A program made the translations under genes and the position numbers. A DNA stretch of 54,883 bases, counting the filler, from Bipalium vagum (Eukaryota), in NCBI GenBank assembly GCA_037834085.1. It is 3 parts of 3 records of this genome, joined end to end, with 100 filler letters (N's around TTAATTAATTAA, not from the genome) between each part and the next. Parts side by side here need not be neighbours in the genome. Positions count along the whole stretch, not along the records: positions 1 to 16,565 come from JBBMKC010105232.1; 2 more parts are not named here. One strand, 5' to 3'. The notes beneath the pieces were generated by a model. It had not been told where the DNA came from. It ran no database searches and saw only the letters and a list, made by a program, of their open reading frames with translations. Positions 1 to 13,518 of this stretch are shown here, one piece after another (within the stretch, counting starts at the first letter, position 1; the number at the start of each line of letters is the position of its first letter).

Positions 1-3000
1 TTATTTTTAAATAAAATCTGATATAAGCAAAAAAAGGCTGGGTGTCTAAATTTGCGTCAAAATATGTTGATAAAAATATTTTTATTCAAATATTATATAT
101 ATATATATATAACTAATACTATAAAACACTCTTCTAAATAAAAAACCCCCTGAGGTGATATATAGATATATTTTTATTTAACTGATAAGAATATAGCAGA
201 AAACTACTTTCAATATAAAAAGATAAATAAAATAATTCTTGGTAAAAATGAAATATTTATAATAAAAACTATTTTTAAAAAATATATTATAATAATATTT
301 TAATAAATTTTGGAAAACAAATTTTCTATTTAAATAGAAAATAATTAAATGCACCGATACCCAAAACCTTGTTCAATGCAAATAATAAAAGAAACACTTA
401 TAAATTATTTAATAATGATCATCATAATAATCTGATGAAAATATTTGTTTTATTTTTTACAATATTTACAAAATATAATGTATACCTCGCTACAATATTG
501 CATTATTTGATATTTTTCACAATTGAGAAAATGTAATTGTATAAATGAAAATCACCAATAATCCTTTTTCACAGTTTTCTAATTTTCCCTTATACCATTG
601 AGAAATATGTAAATTTTTTAAATTATTGATTAATTTATAAAAAAATTTAATTAAATTTTTTTAATTAAAATTTTTAAAATGATCAAAGACAAAAGACGTT
701 GATTTTTATGTATAACACAACACTCGTTAATTAATAATTAAATTATCTCCTCTTCACCAAAACTCCGAATCACTTAAAAATGGGCAGGTGCATAAAAACC
801 GCTGAAATTATGTCTCCCAAAGTGACAGAATGTCAAAACTTTGAAACGAAATGCAGCGTGTCATATATCAGCCGAATATGATATTTTCCACCAAACTTTT
901 CGAGAAAAGATTTGGAGAGAAATATTTTCTATATATATATATATATATAGTATTAATTATTTTTGTAAAGTCACCAACACTTAAAAGCAAAAATATCGAT
1001 ATCTTTATTTTTGTACAATTAGATAAATTTATTAAAACATATTTTTGTTTGTTTACGCTTCAGAATGAATTAAAAAAATATATTTTTTTTTGAAATAAAA
1101 TGTGGCAATGATATAAAATTTTTCGTCATCGAAAGGAAACTATGGAGTTATATCTACTCGTCTTTACAGTATTATACTCAATATATAACATATCAATGAG
1201 AGCTACTTAGCGACCTCAGAACTGATCAAATTATTAGGAAATTAAAAGAAACGTCACATGAAGTATTGGCCTTTATAACAATTTTTTTAATTTAACAATT
1301 TTATAAATTTTTAAAAGATTTATTAATACAAATAAAAGATAATAATAATACTTAAGCAAATTACACTCAATCAATAAATGTACCTTTCTTATATTTTAAA
1401 ATGTTACATTTTAAAATGAGTTCACAATTTTACAATTTACCAAAGATTATTTAAAATATAAAAGAGCACAATTTAAGATAGTGGGCAGTAAAAAAAATTT
1501 TTTAATTCTTAATATTTTTAAATACTCACATGAATAAAATTCTCAGATCCTTTGATGAAATTTAACACGAAGTATAACAGCAGTGTCAAATTATAAATAT
1601 TTTCTAATATCTATGAATTTTGGTTGGATCACACATTGGAATCATTAGTTTGGAGGAAACCAAGTTTTAAATGATGTCAAAATAATTATTATAAAAATGG
1701 GATCTATATGAAGAATAGCATGAGGTGTTCTCAATGAAAATAAAAAGCGATAATAAAACAAAGATTTCCATTTATATAATACTACATTCATTATTTAGTC
1801 ACGAAAATAAGAAATATATAAAAGTAACAAGCTTACATATACATAGACGGTCGGTGTTTCAAACCCTGCAATAGAAAAGTATTTCTGGTCGATCATCTGT
1901 CTTATCACAAAGCAATTGTTCTTTTTTAAACCTTTAAAAACTAATTATGCGGTATATTCATGCTCAAAAACCATTTCGAAACTACAAGAATTTTTCTAAA
2001 TAACTTCTCTTCAAAAATAATGTCTTAGGGTTGATGGGTAATAAGAAAACTGTTTGAAAAGAAATGGACATTATATAAAGAACAACCTATATTATTTGTG
2101 GCTCATTTACTGGTTACTGGATCTTAAGCCGCATACCTCCACGAAGCACCACATATACCATTTCTTGGTAATAACCCTTGAAGATACATCTTATTTCAAA
2201 TATAATTATAATAATACTTTATACATGATTATATTTGCGTAATTGATCCCAAACAAAAACAAATCAATGAGACCTGATTTTAAAAACTTCCAATTTGATT
2301 TTAGACAAATCTAAAGTATTCAATTGATACAAATTATTACAATAAATTCTCCTTCAAACATTGTTATATTCAGCCAAAACGAGTCTGGTGCTATGAATTG
2401 TCTTTCACCCATCTCTAATCATGGACTTCATGAGTTCGTTGTCAAAGTATCATTTCTCAAATCTTAATTATTTACCAGAATCAAACATTTCTTTTCGATT
2501 TTAACGATGTAAGCAAAATTTACTAAAAATATTCCATAAAACATTTTAATATATTAAAATTATGATTTAGATTTTTAATACTTAAATGAATTCCTTGAAA
2601 CTACTGTATAAGAATGAAAAATCAATGACATGAGTGATGGAATTAATAAATAATGAAAAAAGATAGAATTTCTATGAAATCTAAACAGGTACCCCAATCG
2701 CTAGAGCTGCTCTCTCTTTCTTATTATATCATTTCTTATCTATTTTAGAATATGGATAATGCAGTCTTTTGAAAAAGTAAATTCGATACTGCGAATTGAA
2801 ATAAAAAAAATTCTGCTAGAATTAAAATCGTTTATCGGTTTTAAAATCATCAGATAAATATAAGAAACTGTAGCTTGATTAAGTTCTGGAATACAACATG
2901 TTTAACCACAACAAATTGAGAGTTTTTAATTTTAAAATCACATATCTTATTCTAATGTAATGGTTTTATTACTATTATTATATTTTAAATAATAACTACT

Positions 3001-3717
3001 TAAAATTTAATTATAAAAAAAATATATTTTAAAAAATGTATTGTAAAATTTCATAATTTAAATAACTGATTTTAATAACTTAATAATTTTAAATATAAAT
3101 CCCCATTGTTTAACTACACTATTTTGTAATTTTTTATTTGTGGTGATAACAAATTAATTTTAAAAATTTAGACTTGTGGAAAATAAATCAATAGACGTTT
3201 ATATTTTATGTAAAACATTTTTAATACAAGAAAAATATAGAACTTAAGAAATTTAAAAATATTACATTTAAAAACTTTATTTTAATTATTATATGAAATA
3301 CTGAAAAATGTTAAATTGACCAATTATTGATATCATTGTGAAACCTGGTAAAACACGATTAATTAGCCAATATGCCTCTACATTTTCAAATGTAGAAATT
3401 AAAAATTAAAATAAAAATAATTTACTACAAAGAAAAAAAGTATTACGAAACATCAAACACTTAGAATATATAGAAAATAGATAATAAAAATGTATTTAAT
3501 ACTCAAATGAAAATTATTCTATGAATCTTTGTATAATAATGATAGTGCTCGTGAAAGTAATGAAACATTTATAATTTATAAATTGAATCTCACAATGACT
3601 TTAGCAACATCATATTAAAACATGTCATTTTGGATAGTGAAGAGTATAGTTTTATGTTAAAAGAAAACTTAATAATCATGCTAAATTAATGAAAATAAAA
3701 TTAAAGATTTGAACAAC

Positions 3718-3847
3718 CTTAAGTTTTTGTTTGATTCTTACAGTTGCCATTCCTGAATTAAGTGATTTCATCAATTGAATAACATCTAGCTCGTCCAGAA
3801 AGCCTTTGTTCTGAAAATCAGCTTCCGAAAATACTTCTTGCAGCCAT
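3718..3847 (-). CDS. Internal exon of a phospholipase C / inactive PLC-like (PLCL/PRIP or PLC-eta class) gene, first EF-hand region
   Basis: Acceptor ccctttAG, 130-nt exon (phase 2 to 0), donor AAG/GTTGTT. Translates xWLQEVFSEADFQNKGFLDELDVIQLMKSLNSGMATVRIKQKLK, matching the PLC post-PH motif WLxxxFxxADxxxxGxLxxxExxxLxxxLN...xxKQKxK. No other PLC exon found in the window. Confidence 0.75.
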
Positions 3848-5944
3848 CTAAAGGGTTAATATCACTCTTACAAATGTGTGACTATTGAATATCAATTTAA
3901 TTTTCGATATTAAATGTTTGAGTGAAGGTTATATTAATTCAATTTTTCCAAATAAAAATTGAATCTACAAAAATTATAAAAAATCCAAATAAGTGATTAA
4001 AAATTTTAATTACATGTTTAAAAAAATTTTTCAGTTCTTACAGGTTTTGTAATGTCACGTGTTTAAATAATCTGAAAATAAACCCGTAAAGTGACTGTAG
4101 AAACTTATATTAATGAAGCTCAATCGTCTTCAAACTCAACTTTAGCTCTCATATATTCAACTCTAGTAAACGTGAAAGACAAGGAACTAGATAAGAGTTT
4201 GAAGATCGTGATTATCAATGTGTGCTAATTGAAAAGCTCGATCAAACTTAGAACCAATTGAAAAAAGAACTAAACACTCATAATTCAACAAAACGGTTAC
4301 ATAAGCTAAAAATAATTAGAAAAGAATACGCTGTCTCTTCATTTAATTGAAGTTTTTAGATTTTTTACAGACCTTAAAAGAGTAACACAAATGTTTGCGT
4401 ATGATCAAAATACCTGTGATATATGTTTAGTCTGACATTGAAGGTCAGCTCACTTTTTAGATCTAATGTCCACAGATTTCATGCATTAATATCAATTGAA
4501 TACTGTAAACATATATTTCAATAAATAAAAAGAAAATTGTACAAATAAATTTTTTGCTGCGTTATGAAAATTGATTTTAAAAAAATCACATTTTCGAATG
4601 AGAAATAATTTTATTTTAAAATGATTAAAAATATTACCACGACCTAATAAATAAAAAAAGCAATTTAAATAAAAATGGAAAAGGTTTTAAGACTTGTAAG
4701 AAAATATTATCATAAAAAAATTACGGGTGTAATATATAAAGTATAACACTAAAAACATTTCATCAATAATTGTTTGAGTCCATTGGAAAAATTATTGGTT
4801 AAAAATGATTAATATTTAATTATTTTTAATTGATTAAATGTTAGGTAAAATTTTTTGAAAAATGTTTATATTAATAAATATCTCAAATAAAAAATGTTAT
4901 AGGAATGAGGCCTGATAAATGACTAAATAATTTATAAAAATTATTATAAAACATGTACTTTTCTCAAAAAATTTCAAATTACCCTGTCAATTATGTTTCA
5001 CTTAAAATTAATGAATTTTTTTTCAAAACTCGTCTTAACTTCAAAAATGATATGATATGAAGAGAAAAGTAAAAATTAAATATTTACTTATTAATAAATA
5101 ATTACATAAAAATATAATATAACGAAAATTTTCAAAAGATCGATATTCACATACAGAGAAATTACGAAAAAAATTATCAGCTTATCTAAGATACAGAAAT
5201 AAGGACCAGAAGAGTATGAAAATCAATTTTTTAGATAAAACTATTTTTATGATTACAAAAATAAGATTTAAATAAAATTTTAATATACTTTACCAAAAAT
5301 TCCGAAAATGCAATTAAGGAAATTAAAACTGAAAGATGTTGAGCTTTATGGAATTTTGTATGATCTATCTAAAAATACGTACACAGAATATGCTGCAAAC
5401 ATCAAATCATTAATATTTTGAGAAAACTGGAGCTATCATCGGGTAGTATTAAACTTAAGTCTAATGATTTTTAAAATATTTTAATTTTTGTATAAAACAG
5501 TTATCAAGATCATAAATTCCTAACACTTGTTGACAAGTAGAATGTAGCTCTTTTTGGAACAAAAATGAAGAGAATGACCATGACTCTGTGGTCAGTAATC
5601 AAGAAACTGCAAAGATCGGTGTGAAGACTGCATTGTTTTATGAATACTTTGGAATGGTTAAAATCTATTGAATTGGCGAACTCATGAATAAATAAAATAT
5701 TATGAAATGCTGAAACTCATCCATATCGTTTGAGAATAGAAAGGAAAAAATAAGAAATTTGGTATTAAAATATTACCAATAAACATTATTTATATCAAAA
5801 CCCTAAAGTAAAAGAAATATTTGAAATATTTTTTCAATATCACTGCAGAATTGATACACTGTTTGTAAAAAAAGGTAATTAAAAAATTCTAACATTAGAT
5901 TTTACATAAATCAAAGGTTATAAATTGAAGAATACCTCGAAATA

Positions 5945-6290
5945 TTAGGTATAGGAATTAATTCCCATCGTTTCTAATGAAAATAAAGTCGTTTGTTTAA
6001 AAGTAACAAAATATTTCTTTCAGTCAAAATGTGTGTATTTTTTTCAGTAGTATTTCAGTAAAATTTTCAAATGTGTACATCCGTTTACCAGGGATTGAGG
6101 TTCTTTTTCCTTGATGATAAAATCACCTGTCTTAAATCGTCGATACCATTCTTAGCATGTTTGTTCGGAAAGATCATATTCATCGTAAGCTTTTGTCATT
6201 AATCTATGGGGTTCGACTGCTGATTTCTTTAAACTGTAGCAAAATAATAATAGTTGCTGTTTTCTTGGTCTATGATTTGGAATTTTCTCT
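5945..6290 (-). mobile_element. Internally deleted mariner (Mos1/mauritiana-like) relic, N-terminal HTH
   Basis: Minus strand reads LLLFCYSLKKSAVEPHRLMTKAYDEYDLSEQTC*EWYRRFKTGDF (Mos1-type HTH). A mariner-like TIR TA-ttaggtatagg lies at about 5943. Ends approximate. Confidence 0.7.
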
Positions 6291-6861
6291 ACAAATAAAT
6301 AAACCATTTAATCAGTTAAAACAAATACTAACTATTGGTACTATTTTATTTTCAATGACAAATACACGATTTTTATAATTATAATAATTCTTCTCTAAAA
6401 ATATTATTATTTCCTAATATTAATATTAATGACTAGAGTAACAAAACAAATGGAAATTCTAATCTTCTTTAATATTAGTATGACTTAAGTTGAAATTAAA
6501 CGTGGTTTGGAACATTTAAATGATGGTCTTTAAATTTCTGTCATCAAATAAATTATTTGTTTATTTACAATTCGAAATTCACATGCAAAATGGCTGCTTG
6601 GTAATGGACAATCATAGGATGTCTAAACGTGATGATTTTAAGAAAATAATTTCGAAATTCAATGAATACAAATTCCGTATTATTACATAGTAAACTAATT
6701 GAAAATTGCTTTATAAAGATAAAGATCGGAGTAAGATCCATTTTAATTTATACAAAAAGTGGAATACCGGCAGAAATCATTATGAATGCTTAGGATATAT
6801 TTTAGAGATATTTCCAGAAACAATTGTGCGAGAGAAATTCATTGTCATATATAAATAAACA

Positions 6862-8013
6862 CAGTGTGTCAATTAAGTAATAAGACTGATGACATAACTC
6901 AGCATCAACTGTACTAATATATAATAAAATATACACGTTAAAGGTTTAATCTTTATATAAATTCAAGTCAATAGGATATCAGTTACCAGAAGTATGCCAT
7001 TTTTAACATAGTAAATTTTTTCATGTCAAAAATAACAAATGGAACAAAGAGAAAAAAATTGAATGCCAAACTGGGAAAAACTGCATCTGAATCATTCCAA
7101 TTGATGCATCAAGCTCACGGTGATCTATGCCTAAACAAATTCAATGTTTTCTTATGGCATAAACATTTTTCGGACGGCAAAGATTTGATGGAAGGAAGAC
7201 CAAATTCACGTCGAACAACAGAAATGATTGAAAAAGTTTCACATTTTGTGACAAACAATAGATGTGTATCACTGTGAATGATGGAAGAGACTTTGCTGAT
7301 CAATAAAAAAATCAGGGCAATTTTACGCGAAAATTTGACAAACAGCAAAATATGTACAAAAATTGTTCCACATTCATTAAAAGACGAATAAAAATCCAGT
7401 AGAATTGCACATTGCACAGACGTCATTTCAATTGTAACGGGAAATGAAATATGGTGCATTCAATGATCAAAAAACCAATATAACAAAATCAAAACGGTGC
7501 TCATCACTTTTTTCGATAATAAATGTATTATCCGCAAAGAATTTGTTCCACCTGACTATTACAGGCGAATATTATTTAAACATTTTGAAGCACTTAATGG
7601 TCAGAATTCATCGTATTCGTCCAGAATAAGGCGATGGAAACAGTTTGTGTTTTTAACACGATAATGCACCAGGCAATCAATCATTGTTTCTCGGTTTTTG
7701 GCAATGTCTGTGTGTTGAATTATCCACCGTATTCGCCTGTTTTAGCACCTTGTGACTTCTTATTCCCATATATCAAAATCAAGTTAAAAGGGTGTTATTT
7801 TGATGATGTTGCAACCATAAAAACGGTATCGAGGCGCGTTTTGCCGGAAATACCTCAACATGAGCTAGAACAGGTATTCCAATCGTTATTGAATCGGTGT
7901 AACCGGTGCATTGAAGTCAGTGGGGTATTTTGAATATATTAAACAGTAAAATTTCTATATATTGCTTTCTTTTGATTTTCCAGACACAGTCTTAAAATTT
8001 ATTTGACACACTG
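6862..8013 (+). mobile_element. Full-length degenerate mariner (irritans-like)
   Basis: 27-bp TIRs cagtgtgtcaattaagtaataagactg / cagtcttaaaatttatttgacacactg with TA on the right. Frameshifted transposase in ORFs 7023-7277 (KLGKTASESFQLM..GRP), 7444-7629 and 7634-7933 (YPPYSPVLAPCDF). Confidence 0.9.
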
Positions 8014-9654
8014 TATTTGTAAAAAATATTTTGACATGAAAATGGTATCGTCACAAATTCAGATACCTTTAAAAAATTCTGTTAAAATTGAAATATTCCT
8101 TGAATAAGGAAGTCACGAAAGAACAAATAATTTGACCTCTGTGAAAAACTGTTCATCATTAAGACAATTTCACAAAATATTATTTAAAATATTTAAAAGT
8201 TTAATAAAATATGAATTATTTCATAGAACTATAATTATCATAAACTTTTGAGAAATAATAAATAAAATATAAAACAATACTTGTCTCTGGTTTGATTTTT
8301 GTCATCAAGTAACAGATCAGAATCTAAATGACATTTCTCAATAATATTTATAAAAAATAATTAATTAATTAAGAATTGTAACATTTTTTCACATAATTCA
8401 GATAAACATTCAATTTGACTAAAGTTAATATCAATCCATTATATGATAAGAAAATTAGGGACGATTTCGAAATAAATAAAAGATATAAGGTTCAATACAA
8501 AAGAAATTTTCATAAATGTAGAAATTCTCAAAATGGCAGTTTTTCATATCAAATAACTGTAGGCATTAGTTTTGAGAAGAAAATATAAATATAACATTTC
8601 CCCTTTCGATTTACCCACCATGTTCTCATATGTCACCGAAATTTAATCTGCAAGGACCAGTTCATTCTAAATTCGATTACTGCATTTTCAATTTCCAAAA
8701 CCACTTGAAAGAAACGATGAAAGTTTCTCCAAGAAATCAGACGTCATCTATCGATCGGTCTAATTATTGATGAAACGGAGAGATGAACGAGGATGGTGAG
8801 GCCAATGGATAATCATCACGATGTATTTCACAAAACATGAAACCTCACCGTGAAATCAGAAAAGGAACTTGCACGATAACCCTTGGTGAATAAATCGAAA
8901 ATATAAAAAATGATTTTAAAAAAAGTTAAATGAAATTTCCTCTTTAAAAAGATGTACAGTTTTTCTTTTTGAAGAAAAAACATCAATTAATAAAACCAAC
9001 TGAAAAACAGACAAAAGAAATAACTTCATCTCGTCTTTATTGCCGGTAATAAACCTATTGAATTAATACTGAAGGTAGCTAAGAACGATGAGAAGAGCTT
9101 TGTGAGATTATTTATATTATTAATATATTGATTAATGCAATGAAACTAAATATATTGACATTTTTCAGACGACATAAAAACTGAAATACTATTATTATCA
9201 CAGTTGAGATGACTTAGGTACGTTCATCGCACAGCGATTTTCAGTAAAACTACCATTAGTCAATAGAGAACAATATACGCACGTCTATGGATGGCCGAAC
9301 GTTGACAAACGTTTTAGTATTGTTCAATATTTAATTTCTAATTTAGATTTTCCCTCCTAATTCACATCTACATATATAATTTTAAGTGATAGTAAATAAA
9401 ATTATTATTTTTATAATGAAAAATTACAAACTATAATCAATTTTTGTTCATTGTTACATAAATGAAGACAATTGTATAAATTGGTTCATTTATTTAAAAT
9501 GAAAAATAATTATTAGATGATAATAAAAATATATTAATAATAAAAGTAATCATAATCATAATAATAATATCATATTAATAATATCACAAAATACATCTTG
9601 TCTTTCTTGTTATTAATTTAATTAAATAACTTTTTAAATAATAATATTAACACT

Positions 9655-9669
9655 AAAAATAATAATAAC

Positions 9670-9709
<40 letters not shown>

Positions 9710-9710
9710 T
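9655..9710. repeat. (TAA)n microsatellite
   Basis: Direct run of aat/taa triplets. Confidence 0.9.
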
Positions 9711-12700
9711 TCTCAAAATAATACTACTATTGCATGACAAAAATATAAATATAATAATAAAAAATGTAATAATATAACAATATAGTAATAATATTAAAAC
9801 AAAAAATAATTATTTCATAATATTATTTTTGTGATATTCTTACAATTGTTCCATATCTGAAAGGTAATAAAAACATTTATGATTTCCTTGTTTTTTTAAT
9901 TTATTTTTTATTGATCCTCTTAACCAATAGCCTGTGTATACAAATAAATGAATGAATAGATAATCAATCACATAGTTTTTTATTATTATTTTAAAAATGA
10001 TTTTCATTCATTTATTTTTGCTATGTAACAATAAGATTTATAACTTCAAATGAAAATTGGAATTAAACATTCTAACGGAAAGAGAAAAATGATTTTTGTT
10101 AAAACCATTCCCAGACGAAATGTCACTACTCTTTTCTCATTATTTCGATTTTAACTAATTACGGAATTGGAAAAAGAAATATTCAGTCTCATTTAGCCCA
10201 GTCGCAAATAAATCTAATGCAACGAAGACCCAAACTGGATTGAATTAAAATATATTAATTATATTAATCAATATGATGTATAAAGATTTTCGAAACTCAA
10301 AAAATGTTTGAAGTCAACTATCGAACGATGGATTTGGCGAATTTCTAAAACTCTTCAAGTAATTTTTACAGAACATTCTTCAAAATCCCATTAAGATTAG
10401 TTCCATAAATATCAACGGGTCTGTTGAAATAACGTTGTCTTAGCGACAGAACATTACAAAAAACGAGAAAATGGGGGAAATATATTGACATTGAGTAGGT
10501 CAGAGGAAGCCTTTTAGTTGAAATTTTCTCTTTTAACACAAATCGCAAAGCCCGTTAAAATGATAAATATGCTAACGAAAGTGCTTCATTTTCAATTTAT
10601 AAGTTTAACTGAAGACCTTACTGAAAATATATAAAATTTATACTAGAATCATAGTTTGTAACTGGCGGATCTAATACGTGTACCAGGGAAGAAAACGTAT
10701 AAATATTAAAATAATGAATACAAATTAATCAGACGTTGACCATTAATTCTGATAAATGATGAAGTGAACAGTTGTGAAAAAATATTCATTTTCTTATTTT
10801 GTAAATAATAAAAAACATTGATTAATTAAATTTTCTTCGGATAAATTATTGTTACACTTATATTAAGGTTTTATGAAATTAGAGATTTCTGTCTCGAAAA
10901 GGTCCTCGTTTCTCTTATCTTAAAATCATTAAAACATGGAGTCTAACATAACAAATATCACCTGATTCGAACTACCTTGACTAATATTTCTATTTCCTAT
11001 TTTACCAACCGTTCCAAGTTTCCTTTTAATTTTTATTTCTATATATTATAATATCATAACTACTGTGTCATTTATACAGACGATTCATAATGGTTTTTTC
11101 TACATGACATTTTACATTTTTCATACTTCAATTTCGATAGTATTCTATTGGTCAGAAAATAATGTCTGATTTCAACATTCAACTTGAAACTTTTTAAATC
11201 GAGTCTAAACAATTTTTATTAGTCAAAATTGCAACCACTACAGTCTACACATGTGGGCCAATGGGAAATAAGCTTATTGATCCTAATCGCATTGATTAAT
11301 CTGGTGTTTTGGATTGGATACATTGAAGGAAATTATTTTCGGCAGCACATTGGTTATTGAAGATTTTTTTTTCATTTTCTTTATATTTCTCAAAGGATAT
11401 ACATGGATAAACAGGATTCTGCGGCAAAATCCAGTTGTTTAAAACCTTTTCATATTAAAGCATGAATTTTGTACTTGTTTAGCTCATTTTCAATACTCAT
11501 TTAAATTTATTATGCACTTTACAAATTACAGTCATTCATATTTAACATCACCTTCAATATAAGTAGATTTTATAATTTTACAATGAGGGACTTATTGATT
11601 TATATTGCAATGATTTGGAACGATTTTGGAACTTTACATATCTTAATTAAAATTAAATTTTTAAGTTTTATTCATCTTTTATTAATAATAGTCAAATATC
11701 CAGATGAATATACTAAAGTAAAGACTAAATCTTAAATTTATCAAGAAAGAATAATATATTCCACAACTTCTATCAATTTATACAACTTCTTCTATGCCTC
11801 TATTGCGGGTTCTAGGTGTGTTTCGCATTTTGGTTTGTGAAAATTCATTGTTTATTTATGTTATTGTTGTCCATCAAAATATCACTTTTAAGATTCCATT
11901 CATTGTATTTATTATTTCTACAAAATTTTTCTGACTCTTAATTATTTTTTTGAAACAATGTAAGAAAAAAATGATAAATATTTATGAGGAAAAATCAAAT
12001 ATTAATTATGATAATATTTCTCGTTAATTTAATTATATTTTAAAAACTTTATGCCATGGCAATATTTTCAACAGATAATTATTTTAAAATATTTTATGAA
12101 AAAAAACGATAAAAATAATTATCGTGTTCATATTAAATCCATATTAAAATAAAATAAAAAAACTGTAAAATTTAATTATTTTATAATTAAAAATAAGATC
12201 CAAATAATGAAAATAAAATTATAATAAAAATATAACGAAGCAATTGAAATTAAAAAAATAATTTTTTGAAAAAATCAATTCATATAACAAATGTCTTTTT
12301 TCTTTCGATCACTAAGTGTTTCTCGACAGTCATCTATTTTTGCTGTGATAATAAAAATAATAATGATCAATAACAGAGAACCAGACATAATGACAGATTT
12401 CATCTTTCTCTTAATGTCAAAAGTTAACATTTTCATTAAATGGAAAAGATGATCATTATGGATTTATGGTTAATGTATTTCTGAGATTCACATATCTCAA
12501 CTTATTTATCGTTTGATGAAAGATAAACTGTAAAACGTTTTAGTCCTTAGATGTTATGGATAATACATCGTCAACTATTTCTATCTATTCCATAATGACA
12601 TTGTTATTGCGGCAGTTTATTCGTCTGTAATATATATGATTTTTATAATCGACTTATTATCTTTTTTCTGTGAGGCAATGAGAGCGTTTTAAGCTACTTT

Positions 12701-12974
12701 ACACTAATTGCATTCATAAACGTCTCCTTTGTAAGTAATATATTTTATAACTTTTCATTATTTAACATAAAATTTTGTAATTTGTTATCCTTACTGAAGA
12801 AACCGGAAATTAAAACCAATAGAAATACGGAAGAAAATGTAGAAAATACAATGAAATTATAAAATCCATAAAAATAATATTTTTTTACTATGAACTGTAA
12901 AATAATTCTTTCGTGATTTTATTAATGTATGATTTTGTTGTACGGTATCATATTTATTTAATATTAGGTGTTAA

Positions 12975-13518
12975 AGAACCAAAAGAGTGTGATCCATCGT
13001 GAAGTGCTAAAGCAAGGTAATACGGTTACAAGGAAGTTGCACCAAGAAATAATACATCTGAGCCAGGCATTGCTTAAAAAGACAAGAATATGAGAAAAGT
13101 CAGAATAAAGTAATTTAGCTTCATGACAACGCCGGCCAGACGTCAACAGACGAGTTTAGAAAATTTTAGAGTTGCTCCAATGAGAAGTACTATCCCATAA
13201 GACCTATTCATCAGACTGCGCCCTTTCTGACTACCATCTGTTTTAGTCGATGGCACAATCACTTTCCGAAAAGCGCTTCCAATTCTTCGATTAAGCTGAA
13301 AACTGGCTCATTGATGGACAGTGTCCCGAAGATGCCGATTTCTTTAATCGAGGAATTCAACAGCTTCCTGAAAATGAGAGAAATTTATTATTAACTATAG
13401 AAAATATTTTGAATAGACTATCTTTTTTGTTTTTTAATGTTTACTTAATATTTATAATAGTTATTAAATAAAGAAACAATATTTTAAGAAAAGGTTCACT
13501 TTCAATGCCTAAACCTAA
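12975..13518 (+). mobile_element. Mariner 3' half (mauritiana-like), degenerate
   Basis: Reads QKSVIHREVLKQGNTVT, KVI*LHDNAG and EVLSHKTYSSDCALSDYHLF*SMAQSLSEKRF. Right TIR ends ...aaacctaa-TA. Confidence 0.8.

Noticed and set aside
1530-1610. Possible minus-strand exon ending at a GTGAGT donor
   Set aside because: Weak acceptor and an AT-biased peptide with no homology.
1837-1931. Minus-strand segment with a good acceptor (ttttaaAG) and donor (GTAAGC), open as LKKNNCFVIRQMIDQKYFSIAGFETPTVYVY. Another frame contains RPEI, as in PLC EF-hands.
   Set aside because: The open frame has no recognisable homology and is phase-incompatible with the PLC exon. The RPEI frame is closed by stops.
6400-6800. 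VMDNH and IENCFIKIK traces suggesting another IS630-like relic
   Set aside because: Too decayed to support as a feature.
10050-11540. Faint rosa/maT-like transposase traces on both strands
   Set aside because: Only scattered partial motifs; no boundaries could be defined.
12280-12440. Short minus-strand ORF with a hydrophobic stretch and basic tail, resembling a TM segment
   Set aside because: The Ile/Leu run derives from att/tta low complexity, and there is no splice or homology support.
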